Source: an uncultured Planctomycetota bacterium
GTDB taxonomy: Bacteria > Planctomycetota > Planctomycetia > Gemmatales > Gemmataceae
Direction: 5' to 3'
Length of the DNA stretch: 64,000 bases
Assembly: GCA_963849325.1 (NCBI GenBank)
Contig: CAWKHF010000012.1
Coordinates: forward strand, 224,001-288,000
The first letter of the stretch is position 1. Every line of letters begins with the position of its first letter. The notes beneath the pieces were generated by a model. That model was not told the origin of the DNA, did no database searches, and saw nothing but the letters and a program-made list of their open reading frames with translations. Both the position numbers and the translations under genes were made by a program. Positions 10,639 to 21,027 of this stretch are shown piece after piece.

Positions 10639-12666
10639 CTACCCCTTCTTCGCCGGAATGGCGTCGAGGATGTCCAGGACGGCTTTCTTGTTGAGCTTGC
10701 CGTAGCCCCATTCGGCGTTGGGCGTTGGCCCGGTGTGCTCGTCCCGGACGGCCTTGCCGTGGAGTAGTTCGTGGACCTGACCGAAGGTGAGGTCGGGGTT
10801 CTTTTGCAGCATGAGCGCGATGACGCCGGCGACGTAGGGAGTGGCGGCGCTGGTGCCGTTGAACAGGCGATAGCGGCCGCTGCTGTCGCGGTAGACATCG
10901 ACGTTGCTCGGCGCCGCCGCTGTAAAATACTGTCCGGGCGCCACCACGTCCGGCTTGACGATCCCCGGCGCCCGGCTGGGTCCGTGGCTGGAGTAGCGCG
11001 ACAGCGCTCCGAGCTGGATCGGCTCGCGGAACGGATCTTTGTAATCCTGGAACTGGCCGCGTTTGTGGAACTTGGTGTTCCAGTCGTAACTGCCGACCGT
11101 GATGACGTTGTGCGCCGAACCGGGATGGTCGAGTTGCATGGTCCGTTGCAGGCACTCGCCCACGAAGCGGGTCTTGTTCCCCCTTTGTCCGTCGAAATCG
11201 GTTCGCAGGAAGGCGTCCGCCTTGAGGGCCGTCCCGGAGGCACTCGCCAAGGTCAATTCGTCCTGGAGGTTCCGCGTCTTGTCGAAATCGATCTCGGATA
11301 CGACGGTCCCGATCAGGGGGTGGACGTAGGTTTGGACCTGCTTCAGACTCTCCCCGGCGATGCGGACGTCCTTGGCGTTTTTGGAGTCAAAATAGATCGT
11401 CATTCGCCCCGGTTCGCTGGCGAACCAGGTCAGTTTTGCCTTCTCCTGGCCCGGCCTGCATTCGACGAAGGCGTGCGTGCGCCAGTGGCCGGCGTTGCCG
11501 GCGGCGAAGCAGATAGCCTTCCCCTTGCTGTCGGGACCATCCAGGGGGAAGCGTACATCGAGCTGCCGCTCCATCACGCCGTTGCCGTCGTGCCCGAATT
11601 CGATCGCGTTGCCCCAACTACAGGTGATGACGTAAGGCTTTTTCGCTTCCTTCGCTTTTTGCTTGATCCAGTCGCAGAAGACGCCGAGCAGATAGCCGGT
11701 CTCCATGCCCCGCCCCGCCCCGCCGATGCGAATGGCGATAAGGTCCGCTTCCGGGGCCACGCCCGTGCTGAGGTGTGCGGCCTTGATCTCTCCGGTCGCC
11801 GCCCGGCCGTTGCCGGCGGCGATGCTGGCGCAGCCGGTGCCGTGGCTCTGATTGTCCCAGACGGGGATGTACGTCTCGCCCCTCAGGGCCGCGTTCAGGT
11901 CGTCGTTGTCGTAGACGGCCCCGATGTGCTTGCCGTTGGGATAGCGCACCGGCGCGGCGAGGCGCGAGGTCGAATCGGAGAGCGTGTCCCAGAAATAGAG
12001 CAAGCGAGAGACGGGTTTGCCGTCGCGGTCGAGGGTGATGAAATCGGGATGGCGGAAGTCGATTCCGCTGTCGATGACGGCGACGAGGACGCCCTTGCCG
12101 GTCAGCGGCACGTTGATTCCGCCGCGCACGATCTCCTCGGCCAGCTCGCGCGTCTTCTCGGCGGCCTCGGCGGTGCTCGGAGGAGGGACTTGCACGCCTT
12201 GCGCGAAATCGATCCAGCGCACGCCGGGAGCTTTCTCCAGGGCCAGCAACGTCTCCTTTTTGTTGAGGAACATATCGGCGAAGCGATCGATGCGCGTGAA
12301 CACGTCGGCCCCCTTGAGCTGGAAGTCCTGGCAAGCCTGCGGGGTGGTGAACTCGACGTGCAGCGCCAGGTACACCGAGTGCAGCTCCGGCCTGACGGCC
12401 AGCACGTCCTCGATGGGTGGATTACGGAGTAAAGTCCCTTGTTGAAACTCATCGAGGCCGCGGAGGAGGAGCTGCCGGAAAAACGGCGACATCTTCGGCT
12501 CGCCTACCGGGCCGGTAACTCCGCCGAGGTTCAGGTCGATGGGCTGATCTTTTTTGTCCGCTCCGGCCTTTTTCCCTTCGGGGGGCGCGGACGTTAAGTT
12601 GAGCCAGGAAAAGGCCAGAAACAGGATGGCCGCCACAGAGATCGTCATTGTCCTCTGCTGAGTCAC
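10639..12666 (-). CDS. S8 (subtilisin-like) serine peptidase, secreted
   Basis: Catalytic motifs VAVIDSGID, SHGTGCASIAAG and FNGTSAATPYVAG; oxyanion AAGNAG; N-terminal signal sequence. Confidence 0.92.
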   Translation of the reverse strand: MTQQRTMTISVAAILFLAFSWLNLTSAPPEGKKAGADKKDQPIDLNLGGVTGPVGEPKMSPFFRQLLLRGLDEFQQGTLLRNPPIEDVLAVRPELHSVYLALHVEFTTPQACQDFQLKGADVFTRIDRFADMFLNKKETLLALEKAPGVRWIDFAQGVQVPPPSTAEAAEKTRELAEEIVRGGINVPLTGKGVLVAVIDSGIDFRHPDFITLDRDGKPVSRLLYFWDTLSDSTSRLAAPVRYPNGKHIGAVYDNDDLNAALRGETYIPVWDNQSHGTGCASIAAGNGRAATGEIKAAHLSTGVAPEADLIAIRIGGAGRGMETGYLLGVFCDWIKQKAKEAKKPYVITCSWGNAIEFGHDGNGVMERQLDVRFPLDGPDSKGKAICFAAGNAGHWRTHAFVECRPGQEKAKLTWFASEPGRMTIYFDSKNAKDVRIAGESLKQVQTYVHPLIGTVVSEIDFDKTRNLQDELTLASASGTALKADAFLRTDFDGQRGNKTRFVGECLQRTMQLDHPGSAHNVITVGSYDWNTKFHKRGQFQDYKDPFREPIQLGALSRYSSHGPSRAPGIVKPDVVAPGQYFTAAAPSNVDVYRDSSGRYRLFNGTSAATPYVAGVIALMLQKNPDLTFGQVHELLHGKAVRDEHTGPTPNAEWGYGKLNKKAVLDILDAIPAKKG

Positions 12667-12761
12667 CGGTGTCCCCTTTCGTCGAAGGACAGAAAAGCCA
12701 GATAAAAAGATGGCAAAAATCTTTACTATTTCCTTTTAAGGTCTTAAAAGGCTCCTGACAC

Positions 12762-14268
12762 GAATGGCGTTCGGTTAAGCCGCATCTTCTTGTGGTGGTG
12801 AGGTTTGGTGTAACAGTTTATGGCGCAGCACGGAGCGTGGCTTATTCATCAGATCGTACGGCTTGGGTCGCCGCTTCTTCACACGCGGCTCCACCCGACC
12901 GGGCCGACACGGGTTTACCCGCAACGGCGGCAATTCTTCCCCACACCGCGCCTCGCGCAGCCAACGCCACGCATCCGCGAAACTAATGCGCTCCGGTTCC
13001 ACGTCTTGCTGCCGTGCCGCCTCCACCATCACCCGCCGCACCAGATTATACACCAACACGAAGACCAACAACTCCTTCCACACGCCACGCCACGTCTCAC
13101 AACGTAGCACATCCATACCGAGGGTTTGCTTGAGGTGACGCAGGTTTACTTCCACGCTCCAACGCTTCTCGTACAGCCGAGCCAACACCTCCGGCGGATA
13201 ACGCCGCCGATCCAACAGGGTGGTCACCAGCGTCAACTCCCGGACGCGGCAACCCGGCGTCCGGATCGGCACACGCAACTCACGGACCACCAGCGACGAC
13301 GGCAAGGATTCATACTCCTGGCTGTCCATCCAGGCCGGACACTCGGCCGGCTTGAAGTACTCGACGAGTTGATCGTCGCGGCCCAGCCGTCGCAGCCAGC
13401 GCGACCGGGGCAAGCCCGCTTCTGCCTTACGGGGCTGGCGGTTCGGCGCTGACGTGCGTCCGTCGCGGCTTGAAGGAGATGATAAGACGCTGAGGGGCAC
13501 GAAAGAGGCTGAAAACGCCTCGTTTCTGCCGCATCGCCAGATGAGCGTAGGAACAGAAAGCGCGATCACCGGCCACTACGTCGCCGGCCCGCAGTCCGCG
13601 ATGGGTCCAGGTCAGGTCGGCCAGGTCGTGCGTGCGTAAGGGGGCCGGCATGGCATTCATCAGATAGCCGGTATAGGCGTGGAACTGCACCAGCAGATGG
13701 GCCGTCGGGAAGCCGCAGCCTTGGGCCTGCTGGCCGCTCTGACCGAAGGCGGCACGCAAGTCGGGCGTGTCCGGCATGGAGAAACTCGAACCATCCAGGA
13801 AGAAGACGCGGTGGCCATGCCACAAGGCGCGTGGGTCGTTGTCGCTGGAGCGGCAGCGGTCGAGGACGGCGACGCCCAGTCGTTGGAAGAAGGGCACGGG
13901 CAGGCGTTGTCGGGCCTCGCAGTAGGACGAGTCTGCGAAGGAAAGCTTGGCGAGGCGGCGGAGTTCGGAGACCGAGGTGTTCCCTTCGAGGATTTGGCGG
14001 ATGAACAAGTGGGTGGTGACCAGGGGAGTCAGCCGACGCTGACGTCCGCCCAGACGGAGGCGCTCGTGCGAGGGAATGGATGAGGGGGGCATCGATCCAT
14101 TGGGCGGTAGCACCCTTGATGCGTTCGAGGGCTTGCGACATACTAAGCATGGCGGCCTCCTGAGATGATGAGGTCTGGACAACTCCATCATGGCAGGAGG
14201 CTGCCGCCTTTCCAAGATCGTCAGAAGTTCAAGCAGCGAAAGAGGCTACGCTTAACCGAACGCCATTC
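12762..14268 (-). mobile_element. IS4-family insertion sequence, ~1.5 kb
   Basis: Perfect 19-bp IRs gaatggcgttcggttaagc (12762-12780) / gcttaaccgaacgccattc (14250-14268); flanks are similar but not identical. Confidence 0.9.
12775..14150 (-). CDS. IS4-family transposase, frameshifted
   Basis: MLSMSQALERIKG start; FLDGSSF, GDRAFCS, LVTTLLD and YEKRWSVEVNLRHLK motifs split across ORFs 13566..14150, 13427..14215 and 12775..13569. Confidence 0.88.
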
Positions 14269-14319
14269 AGTCCCGACCCCTTTTCTTTTCGTGAAAGAAT
14301 CCAATTCGCTTTAGTTTCA

Positions 14320-14718
14320 TCATTGAGTACCTAAGAAGGTTTGGCCCTTAACCATGACATCACTTTTAATGTCGTATTTGTTTCCGGCTAGGTTAGCATT
14401 GAGAATGACCTGGAGGTCCAGACTGTACCGCTCGTTCCTTGCGGTTGCGACTATATTGACATAAAAAGAGATTGATAATGTGTTAATACAAACGAGGCGT
14501 GGATTAGAAGTTTCCACGCCATCGACGAGGCAATTACCTGATCCGATAAACTCGATAAATTCCATGTCTAAGTCGCTGTATTGACGACGAAGCACCCCTA
14601 GCAAGTGCTCACTTAGAAAAGCTCCCAAATCAGGCACGAGGTCCATACGCTCAAGTATCGCATTGATCGCGTCAGCCTTTTCGAAACCCAAAACGGCAGG
14701 TTGATGTGGACTTGTCAT
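14320..14718 (-). CDS. Putative orphan immunity protein (hypothetical)
   Basis: Low-GC ~132-aa ORF (start MTSPHQ, purine-rich RBS) at the distal end of the toxin array. Confidence 0.55.
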   Translation of the reverse strand: MTSPHQPAVLGFEKADAINAILERMDLVPDLGAFLSEHLLGVLRRQYSDLDMEFIEFIGSGNCLVDGVETSNPRLVCINTLSISFYVNIVATARNERYSLDLQVILNANLAGNKYDIKSDVMVKGQTFLGTQ

Positions 14719-14748
14719 GATCTCTTCTTCCTCGCTTGCCAAACCAAG

Positions 14749-15141
14749 CTACAGGGGATTGGCAGAACAAAGGCGTTCTGTAATGTCTCGAAGCTGTGCC
14801 AAACACTCCGCTTCCGTTGAATAGCGACACTCACCTATCTTCGCTACAACATCTTGCCCTACTGCATGGATCCTTCTCACGTCGGCTTCGAGGAGAATGG
14901 CCGTTTCGGTCACGGTGATCTCCAAACACCAACTAACGGCTTCTCCGGAAACCAATTCTACGTCTACGTACTCCTCAAGCCGGTAACTGTCGATTAAGTC
15001 CGGCATTTCAACCACGTGCTTAACCGATCTTACTTCATTAAGCTCACTTAGGTGAATCGCATGGAGCTTGAGCCGGCGGTGGCATTCGCCAATCGCCAGA
15101 AGTAGCGGGAATCCGCGGACATTAATTGAAATCGTGTTCAT
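14749..15141 (-). CDS. Putative immunity protein for the ART-like tip
   Basis: Low-GC acidic ORF (MNTISINVRG) starting 4 nt after the toxin stop. Confidence 0.65.
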   Translation of the reverse strand: MNTISINVRGFPLLLAIGECHRRLKLHAIHLSELNEVRSVKHVVEMPDLIDSYRLEEYVDVELVSGEAVSWCLEITVTETAILLEADVRRIHAVGQDVVAKIGECRYSTEAECLAQLRDITERLCSANPL

Positions 15142-15145
15142 TGTG

Positions 15146-16639
15146 TTATTGAGGGAACTTTCCCGAAGCTCCAGGGCCATAGGGAGGAGTTGGCGGCTTA
15201 GGAATTACTGCGTTTTTGAGAGCGTCTGGCGTCACATTCACCACACTTACATGACCCGGTGGAGTCGTCAAGCTTCCAGGCACTCCATCTGGAATTACCG
15301 ATCCAGGTGGTAGTTTGGAGGTATCAATCGCCATGTAATCCTGGCCGGGACGAAGAACAGGCCGTTGACCACCGAGCGGACCCGGTGTACCCGGTTGAAT
15401 CGGGTTGCTCAATGAATCTCTGAAAGACAAGTGACCGCCGTCTTGAGGACGTGGTGTGAGATTAGACGGGCTGGGCCGCCCCTCTCGATAGATGATCGGT
15501 GGTGTCTCGCCCGTCGCTGGCGGTACTGGAGCGGCGGGTTGACGGCCGCGGAAGAAACTGCGGCCACCCTTAAGGACGACAGGCGCCGCTATCACTGCTG
15601 CCTGAAGAGCGGCATCTCCCAGCATCTGACGCTGCTGCGCTTGCGTCAAGCCCAGATGACGACCCGTCGCCAAGTCCTCTCCCGTCCAACCCGTGTACGC
15701 CGCGCTCACTCCCGTCGCGTCGGCCAAACCGCCCCCCAGCGATTGCAGCACCGACTGACCCTGATTGAAACCACGATCCGCCGCGCTGGACAACGCCGAC
15801 ACCGCCAGCATCCCCATGCCCACCGCGAACAGCACCGGACCAACGCCCGGAACCAACAAGGCCACCGCACCCAAACCTATGCCCGCACCAACCATCGCCA
15901 CCGTCTTCCAACTGGGGAAGTAATCGATGAACGTCTGCCAGCCGCTCTGCGGCGGCGGCGGATTGACCTGGGCGATGACCGGATCGTCCAGCGAACGCAG
16001 GGCATCGGTATCGCGCTGCTGCTGGGCGCTTTGCACGTTGGCGTTGACCTGCTTCTGCACCTGATTGAGCAGCGCCGCCCGCTGCGTGTCGGCCAGGCTA
16101 ATGCTCTGGGTCGTCTGGTCGGCGTTCTTGGCCTGGGCATCGCTGACGGAAGCGTTGACGGCGGCGACGATGGCGGCGGGTGCTGGCGCGACTTCGGCCT
16201 GCACTTGCCCAGCAGCGGCGTCGGCCGCCGCCTGGATGGCGGCATCGGCGGCCGACGCTTTCTGAACAACGCTGTCATGGCCGACGGTGGCCACTTGGGT
16301 ATCATGCGTTTGGGCGGCGCTGGCGTCCTTATCCTGTTGGTTCTTCTGGTCCTGGGCGATCTGATCGTTGCCGCTCTTGACGGCGGCGTCCTGGTTGTGG
16401 GCGGCCTGATCGTCGGAGGCGTCCTGGTTGTGGGCCGCCTGATCGTCGGCGGCGTCCACGGCTTTCTGATCGGCGGCGGTGGGGGCCTCGGTTTTCTCCC
16501 AGGCGTCGGCGGCGTCCTGGTCGGCGTTGGCGTCGGTGACGGCGGCAGTCGCTTCGTCGTTGTCGTGAGCGGCGGCATCGAGCGTGGCGGCGTGCTCGTC
16601 CGCTTGCCAGGTGATGTTTACGGCCGTTAAATACGTCAT
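15146..16639 (-). CDS. Orphan toxin module: truncated stalk + TM + PT-TG-like junction + putative ADP-ribosyltransferase-fold tip, no Hint
   Basis: ~15530-16628 duplicates the carrier 3' region. Unique tip IIYREG..SNLTPRP.D..LSF...IDTSKL...GHVSV. Confidence 0.7.
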   Translation of the reverse strand: MTYLTAVNITWQADEHAATLDAAAHDNDEATAAVTDANADQDAADAWEKTEAPTAADQKAVDAADDQAAHNQDASDDQAAHNQDAAVKSGNDQIAQDQKNQQDKDASAAQTHDTQVATVGHDSVVQKASAADAAIQAAADAAAGQVQAEVAPAPAAIVAAVNASVSDAQAKNADQTTQSISLADTQRAALLNQVQKQVNANVQSAQQQRDTDALRSLDDPVIAQVNPPPPQSGWQTFIDYFPSWKTVAMVGAGIGLGAVALLVPGVGPVLFAVGMGMLAVSALSSAADRGFNQGQSVLQSLGGGLADATGVSAAYTGWTGEDLATGRHLGLTQAQQRQMLGDAALQAAVIAAPVVLKGGRSFFRGRQPAAPVPPATGETPPIIYREGRPSPSNLTPRPQDGGHLSFRDSLSNPIQPGTPGPLGGQRPVLRPGQDYMAIDTSKLPPGSVIPDGVPGSLTTPPGHVSVVNVTPDALKNAVIPKPPTPPYGPGASGKFPQ

Positions 16640-16654
16640 CAGTGGCAGTCTACG

Positions 16655-17050
16655 CTATGATGCGCCCCAACCTGTTCCTTCGCAGATTTCACAGCGTACC
16701 TCATCATTCATACCCGTTCCAAAACAGACCGGACATTGGAACTTTAAGGACTGAAGCCCTCCTTCTATGCCCTGCCCCACAATAAAGACGGCTTTGTGTA
16801 GACACCCGTCTGCGTCGTAGAACTGAACTTCCACACGGCGGGGGTGTTCCACAATACTGACTACTTCAGAGACCTCAGATACCCTGTTGACAAAGTCAAC
16901 TGGGTCGAAGTCGCCTGCCAAAAACGGAGTTAACTTTTGCTTGAAATCCGACGGTTCGCCTCCTTCCGGCTTCGGCCAGATCGCAACAATCTTCCTTAGT
17001 CGCTCAATATAGTTACCAGTGTTTGGCTCCAAGTGGTCGTGCATGGTCAT
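16655..17050 (-). CDS. Putative immunity protein with C-terminal CxxCxGxG zinc-finger pair
   Basis: Low-GC ORF 2 nt after the toxin stop; CPVCFGTG...CEICEGTG. Confidence 0.65.
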   Translation of the reverse strand: MTMHDHLEPNTGNYIERLRKIVAIWPKPEGGEPSDFKQKLTPFLAGDFDPVDFVNRVSEVSEVVSIVEHPRRVEVQFYDADGCLHKAVFIVGQGIEGGLQSLKFQCPVCFGTGMNDEVRCEICEGTGWGAS

Positions 17051-17052
17051 GA

Positions 17053-19817
17053 TTATTTCAAGCTCCCTCCATACTGCTGCAACGCCGCCTCGATTCTTTC
17101 CAGTGCATCTGGCACCTGATCAAGGAACCGGAAACGCGGATCGTTCTTGAACAGGTTGGCTACGTCCTGGACATTACCTCGCGCTGAAGCGGCTTTAGCA
17201 GGCAGCGTCTTACTGAGGATTACATCGATGTTCTTATTCAGTTCAGCGATCTGGGTAGGTGTCAACTTGGCACCGGCAGGTAGAGCCTTGATTCCTTTGA
17301 TGACTTGTGGATCAGGCATCGCTCCCTTTGAACCAGAGGAGCCGGCCTGATGGCCATTGGTGTTATGACTCCAGACGGCGAAGCCCCAATCGTCACCACC
17401 CACGAAATACGTCTGCAACTCCCGCACGCGGAAATTATAGACACGCACCACCGCGCCGGCATCCACCATGTCCTCGACCATCACCGGCTCACCGCTCAGC
17501 GTCTGGATCATATCTCCACGACGCAACGACCACGCCAGCACCCAACCACGACCCGGCACGTAAAACGGATGCTCCCCCGTCGGACGCAACTCCCGACCAC
17601 CCACCGTCAGACGCACCACCGGCGCCAAGCGGACAAACACCTCCTCCACCACCTGCTCCACCACCGCAGCCGACGGATTGTACTGATCGCGGCTGAGGAC
17701 ACGGTCGCCGATCAGGATACGCTCAATCGCCTTGCAGCCGTACAGCAGACGAATCAGCGTCCCCGCCACGAAACAGGCCGTCTGCACCTGCGCCTGCTGA
17801 GCACTACCGGCCTTGCCAGCGTTGCTGCCCGCACTCGACTGCGGCGGCGTCGGCGGCTCGGTCGTCCCCTTCTGCGCCGCCGGCTGACGGCCACGCAGGA
17901 AGGAACGAGCACCGCGGACACCACCGTACAACAGCAATCCCGTCTGAATCGTGCCCTCCGTCAACATCTGACGTTGCTGCGCCGCCGTCAAGCCCAGATG
18001 ACGACCCGTCGCCAGGTCCTCTCCCGTCCAACCCGTGTACGCCGCACTGACCCCCGTGGCATCCGCCAAACCGCCCCCCAGCGATTGCAACACCGTCTGA
18101 CCCTGGTTGAAACCGCGATCCGCCGCGCTGGACAACGACGACACCGCCAGCATCCCCATGCCCACCGCGAACAGCACCGGACCAACGCCCGGAACCAACA
18201 AGGCCACCGCACCCAGACCCACGCCCACACCGACCATCGCCACCGTCTTCCAACTGGGGAAGAAATCGAGGAACGTCTGCCAGCCGCTCTGCGGCGGCGG
18301 CGGATTGACTTGCGCGATCACCAGGTCATCCAGCGAACGCGCCGCATCGATGTCGCGTCCCTGCTGGGCGCTTTGCACGTTGGCGTTGACCTGGTTCTGC
18401 ACTTGCGTGAGTAGCGCCGCCCGCTGTGTGTCGGCCACGTCGATGCTCTTGGCGGTTTGATCGGCGTTTTTGGCTTGGGCATCGCTGAGTGCGGCGTTGA
18501 CGGCGGCGACGAGGGCGGCGGGGGCCGGCGCGACTTCGGCCTGCACTTGCCCAGCAGCGGCGTCGGCCGCCGCCTGGATGGCGGCATCGGCTGCCGACGC
18601 TTTCTGGACGACGCTGTCGTGAGAGACGGTGGCTACCTGCGTATCGTGCGCTTGCGCGGCGTCGGCGTCCTTGTTCTGTTGGTTCTTCTGGTCCTGGGCG
18701 ATCTGATCGTTGCCGCTCTTGACGGCGGCGTCCTGGTTGTGGGCCGCCTGGTCGTCGGCGGCGTCCACGGCTTTCTGGTCGGCAGCGGCGGCGGGGGCCT
18801 CGGTCTTTTCCCAGGCGTCGGCGGCGCCCTGGTCGGCGTTCGCGTCGGTGACGGCGGCTGTCGCTTCATCGTTGTCGTGAGCGGCCGCATCAACGGTGGC
18901 CGCGTGCTCGTCTGCTTGCCAGGCCGTGTCCACCGCCGTCACGTCATCGGCGGCGGCCTGCGCTTCATCGTGGGCGTCGGCCACGGCGGCGTCGGCCTCG
19001 GTCTGGACGGCGACCTGAGCGTTGGCATCTTCGGCGTCGGACTCGGCGTCATCGGCCTTGGCCTCGGCCACCGTCTTGTCCGTCTCGGCGTTGTAGTCGG
19101 CCTCGGCATCAGCCACGTCCGCCGCGGCATCGCTGGCCGTGCCCTGGACCCAGGCGGCCATCTCCACGTCCAGCAAGTGCGCGTAGCGCGTGCCGGTCTG
19201 CTCGGCCCAGCTATGCACGTCGCTGCCGGCGGCCGACAACACGGCATCCACCTGCTGCTGCCACGCCGACATCTCGGCGTTGTTGCAGGCTTCGTTATCT
19301 TGCCGCGCCGCATCCAACGCGGCACTATCGGCAGCCGTGGTCTCTTGATCCCATTGTACGGCGGCGGCCGCATCGGCCAGTTGCTGCTGCTCCCAGGCCG
19401 CATCCACGGTGTCCGTCCAGGCCACGCCTGCCGCGGCATCCGCCTCGTCCTGGGCCACATCGGCGGCGCTGGCCGCGTCGTCCAGGGCCACGCCCGCCGC
19501 CGTCACTGCCGCGATGTACGGCGCATACGCCGCCGCGTTGGTCTGCTCCTCGGCGGAGGTCGCCGCCTCGTAGCTGTCCGTCCACGTCTGCTCGGCGTCG
19601 GCCAGGGCATCGTCGCATTGCTTCTGGGCGTCGGCGATGGCGTCGTCACGCACCTGCGCCGCCGCGTCCACGGTGTCGGCCAACGCCTGATCGGCAGTGG
19701 ACAGGGCGTCGGCCAGCGTCTTCTTGGCCGCCGTCATGCCCTGGTCATAGGTCCGCTCATTGTCGGCCTGAGCGTCGGCCAACGCCTGGTCAGCATCCGC
19801 GGCGGTGTCCAGGCACG
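17053..19817 (-). CDS. Orphan toxin module: truncated stalk + TM + Hint (17362-17775) + unknown ~100-aa helical tip
   Basis: Duplicate of the carrier from ~30340 onwards; Hint motifs CFVAGT, TGEHPFYV, VYNFRV, WSHN. Confidence 0.8.
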
Positions 19818-19830
19818 TAGGATTGGGCCG

Positions 19831-20325
19831 TCACACTTCAACTAGAATTGTCGAAAACCTCTCTTGCACTCCGCTTTCCGTGTTTGCGACGAATGTAAAT
19901 TTCGTCTCCCCAAGGGGTATACAGACTGGGGCGCCTGTCGCACGAAGATCAGATCCAGAAACCGGCTGGTATCTGACTTGATCGAAGGGATGCTCCTGGG
20001 TCGAGAAACCGACAAATACCTTATAACCATCGAGCTGTGGGGTGGTTTCCACAACCTCGATGAAACTCTTGCCATCATAAGACGGGTAGACTGTACCGTA
20101 TTCCGGTGTGGCGAGATCATCTTGATGTTCAGTAGAGAACAGAATCGACCGCAGAACCATGTTCTTGTAAAGGCTCTGGGCAATCTCATCCCAGTCGTCA
20201 TACGCTTCCTCATCCCGCCAAGGAATCCTCCCCCTTTCCATATAAGGAATCAAGGCCACAAGAGCGTCACGAAAATTTAGCATCAGATGGTGGACAGAAG
20301 TAGTCCACCGTTCTCCACCAGCCAT
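19831..20325 (-). CDS. Putative immunity protein
   Basis: Low-GC 164-aa ORF with TAATG overlap on the stop of the upstream toxin tip. Confidence 0.7.
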   Translation of the reverse strand: MAGGERWTTSVHHLMLNFRDALVALIPYMERGRIPWRDEEAYDDWDEIAQSLYKNMVLRSILFSTEHQDDLATPEYGTVYPSYDGKSFIEVVETTPQLDGYKVFVGFSTQEHPFDQVRYQPVSGSDLRATGAPVCIPLGETKFTFVANTESGVQERFSTILVEV

Positions 20326-20912
20326 TAGGAACCTCCGAATAGTTTGTCGATGAAGTCCAATTCTTCTGGTGTAGGAGGCCGCTTCGGCCCAAAACCCTGA
20401 CCGGGGGTAACCGGCTTCACTCGGTCCTTGGTGATGTCAAGGATGACCTGGCCTTTATCGTCCGTGACATAGACACGTCCCTTCGATCCTTTGATCAAAC
20501 TATTCGGGGGACCGGTAAGGTTCTTAACTTGTGAGCCGCTACGGCCACCGCTCAGGGCAGGCAGGTCTGGTCTCGGTGTCGCCCCACCCTGTGGAGCAGG
20601 CGAGCCAGCCTCGTGTCCATTAGTGTTATGGCTCCAGACGGCGAAGCCCCAATCGTCGCCACCCACGAAATACGTCTGCAACTCCCGCACGCGGAAATTA
20701 TAGACGCGCACCACCTCGCCGGTGTCCACCATGTCCTCGACCAGCACCGGCTCGCCGCTCAGCGTCTGAATCACGTCGCCACGACGCAACGACCACGCCA
20801 GCACCCAACCGCGACCCGGCACGTAGAAGGGATGTTCGCCCGTCGGACGCAATTCCCGACCACTCACCGTCAGACGCACCACCGGCGCCAAGCGAACAAA
20901 CACCTCCTCCAC
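20325..20912 (-). pseudogene. Orphan toxin module: 3' part of Hint + unknown ~99-aa basic tip
   Basis: 20620-20910 is nearly identical in DNA to 17357-17650. Tip SGGRSGSQVKNLTGPPNS...GRVYVTDDKGQVILDITKDRVKPV. Confidence 0.75.
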
Positions 20913-21027
20913 TACGGGAGAAAATGATCGAAAAACGTTTAAGGCCTTAATAATATCCTGATTAATTTTATACTTTTACGATGCTTTTTATAAATTTTTT
21001 CCCGTCCTTGATACTTTTCTGGTCATC

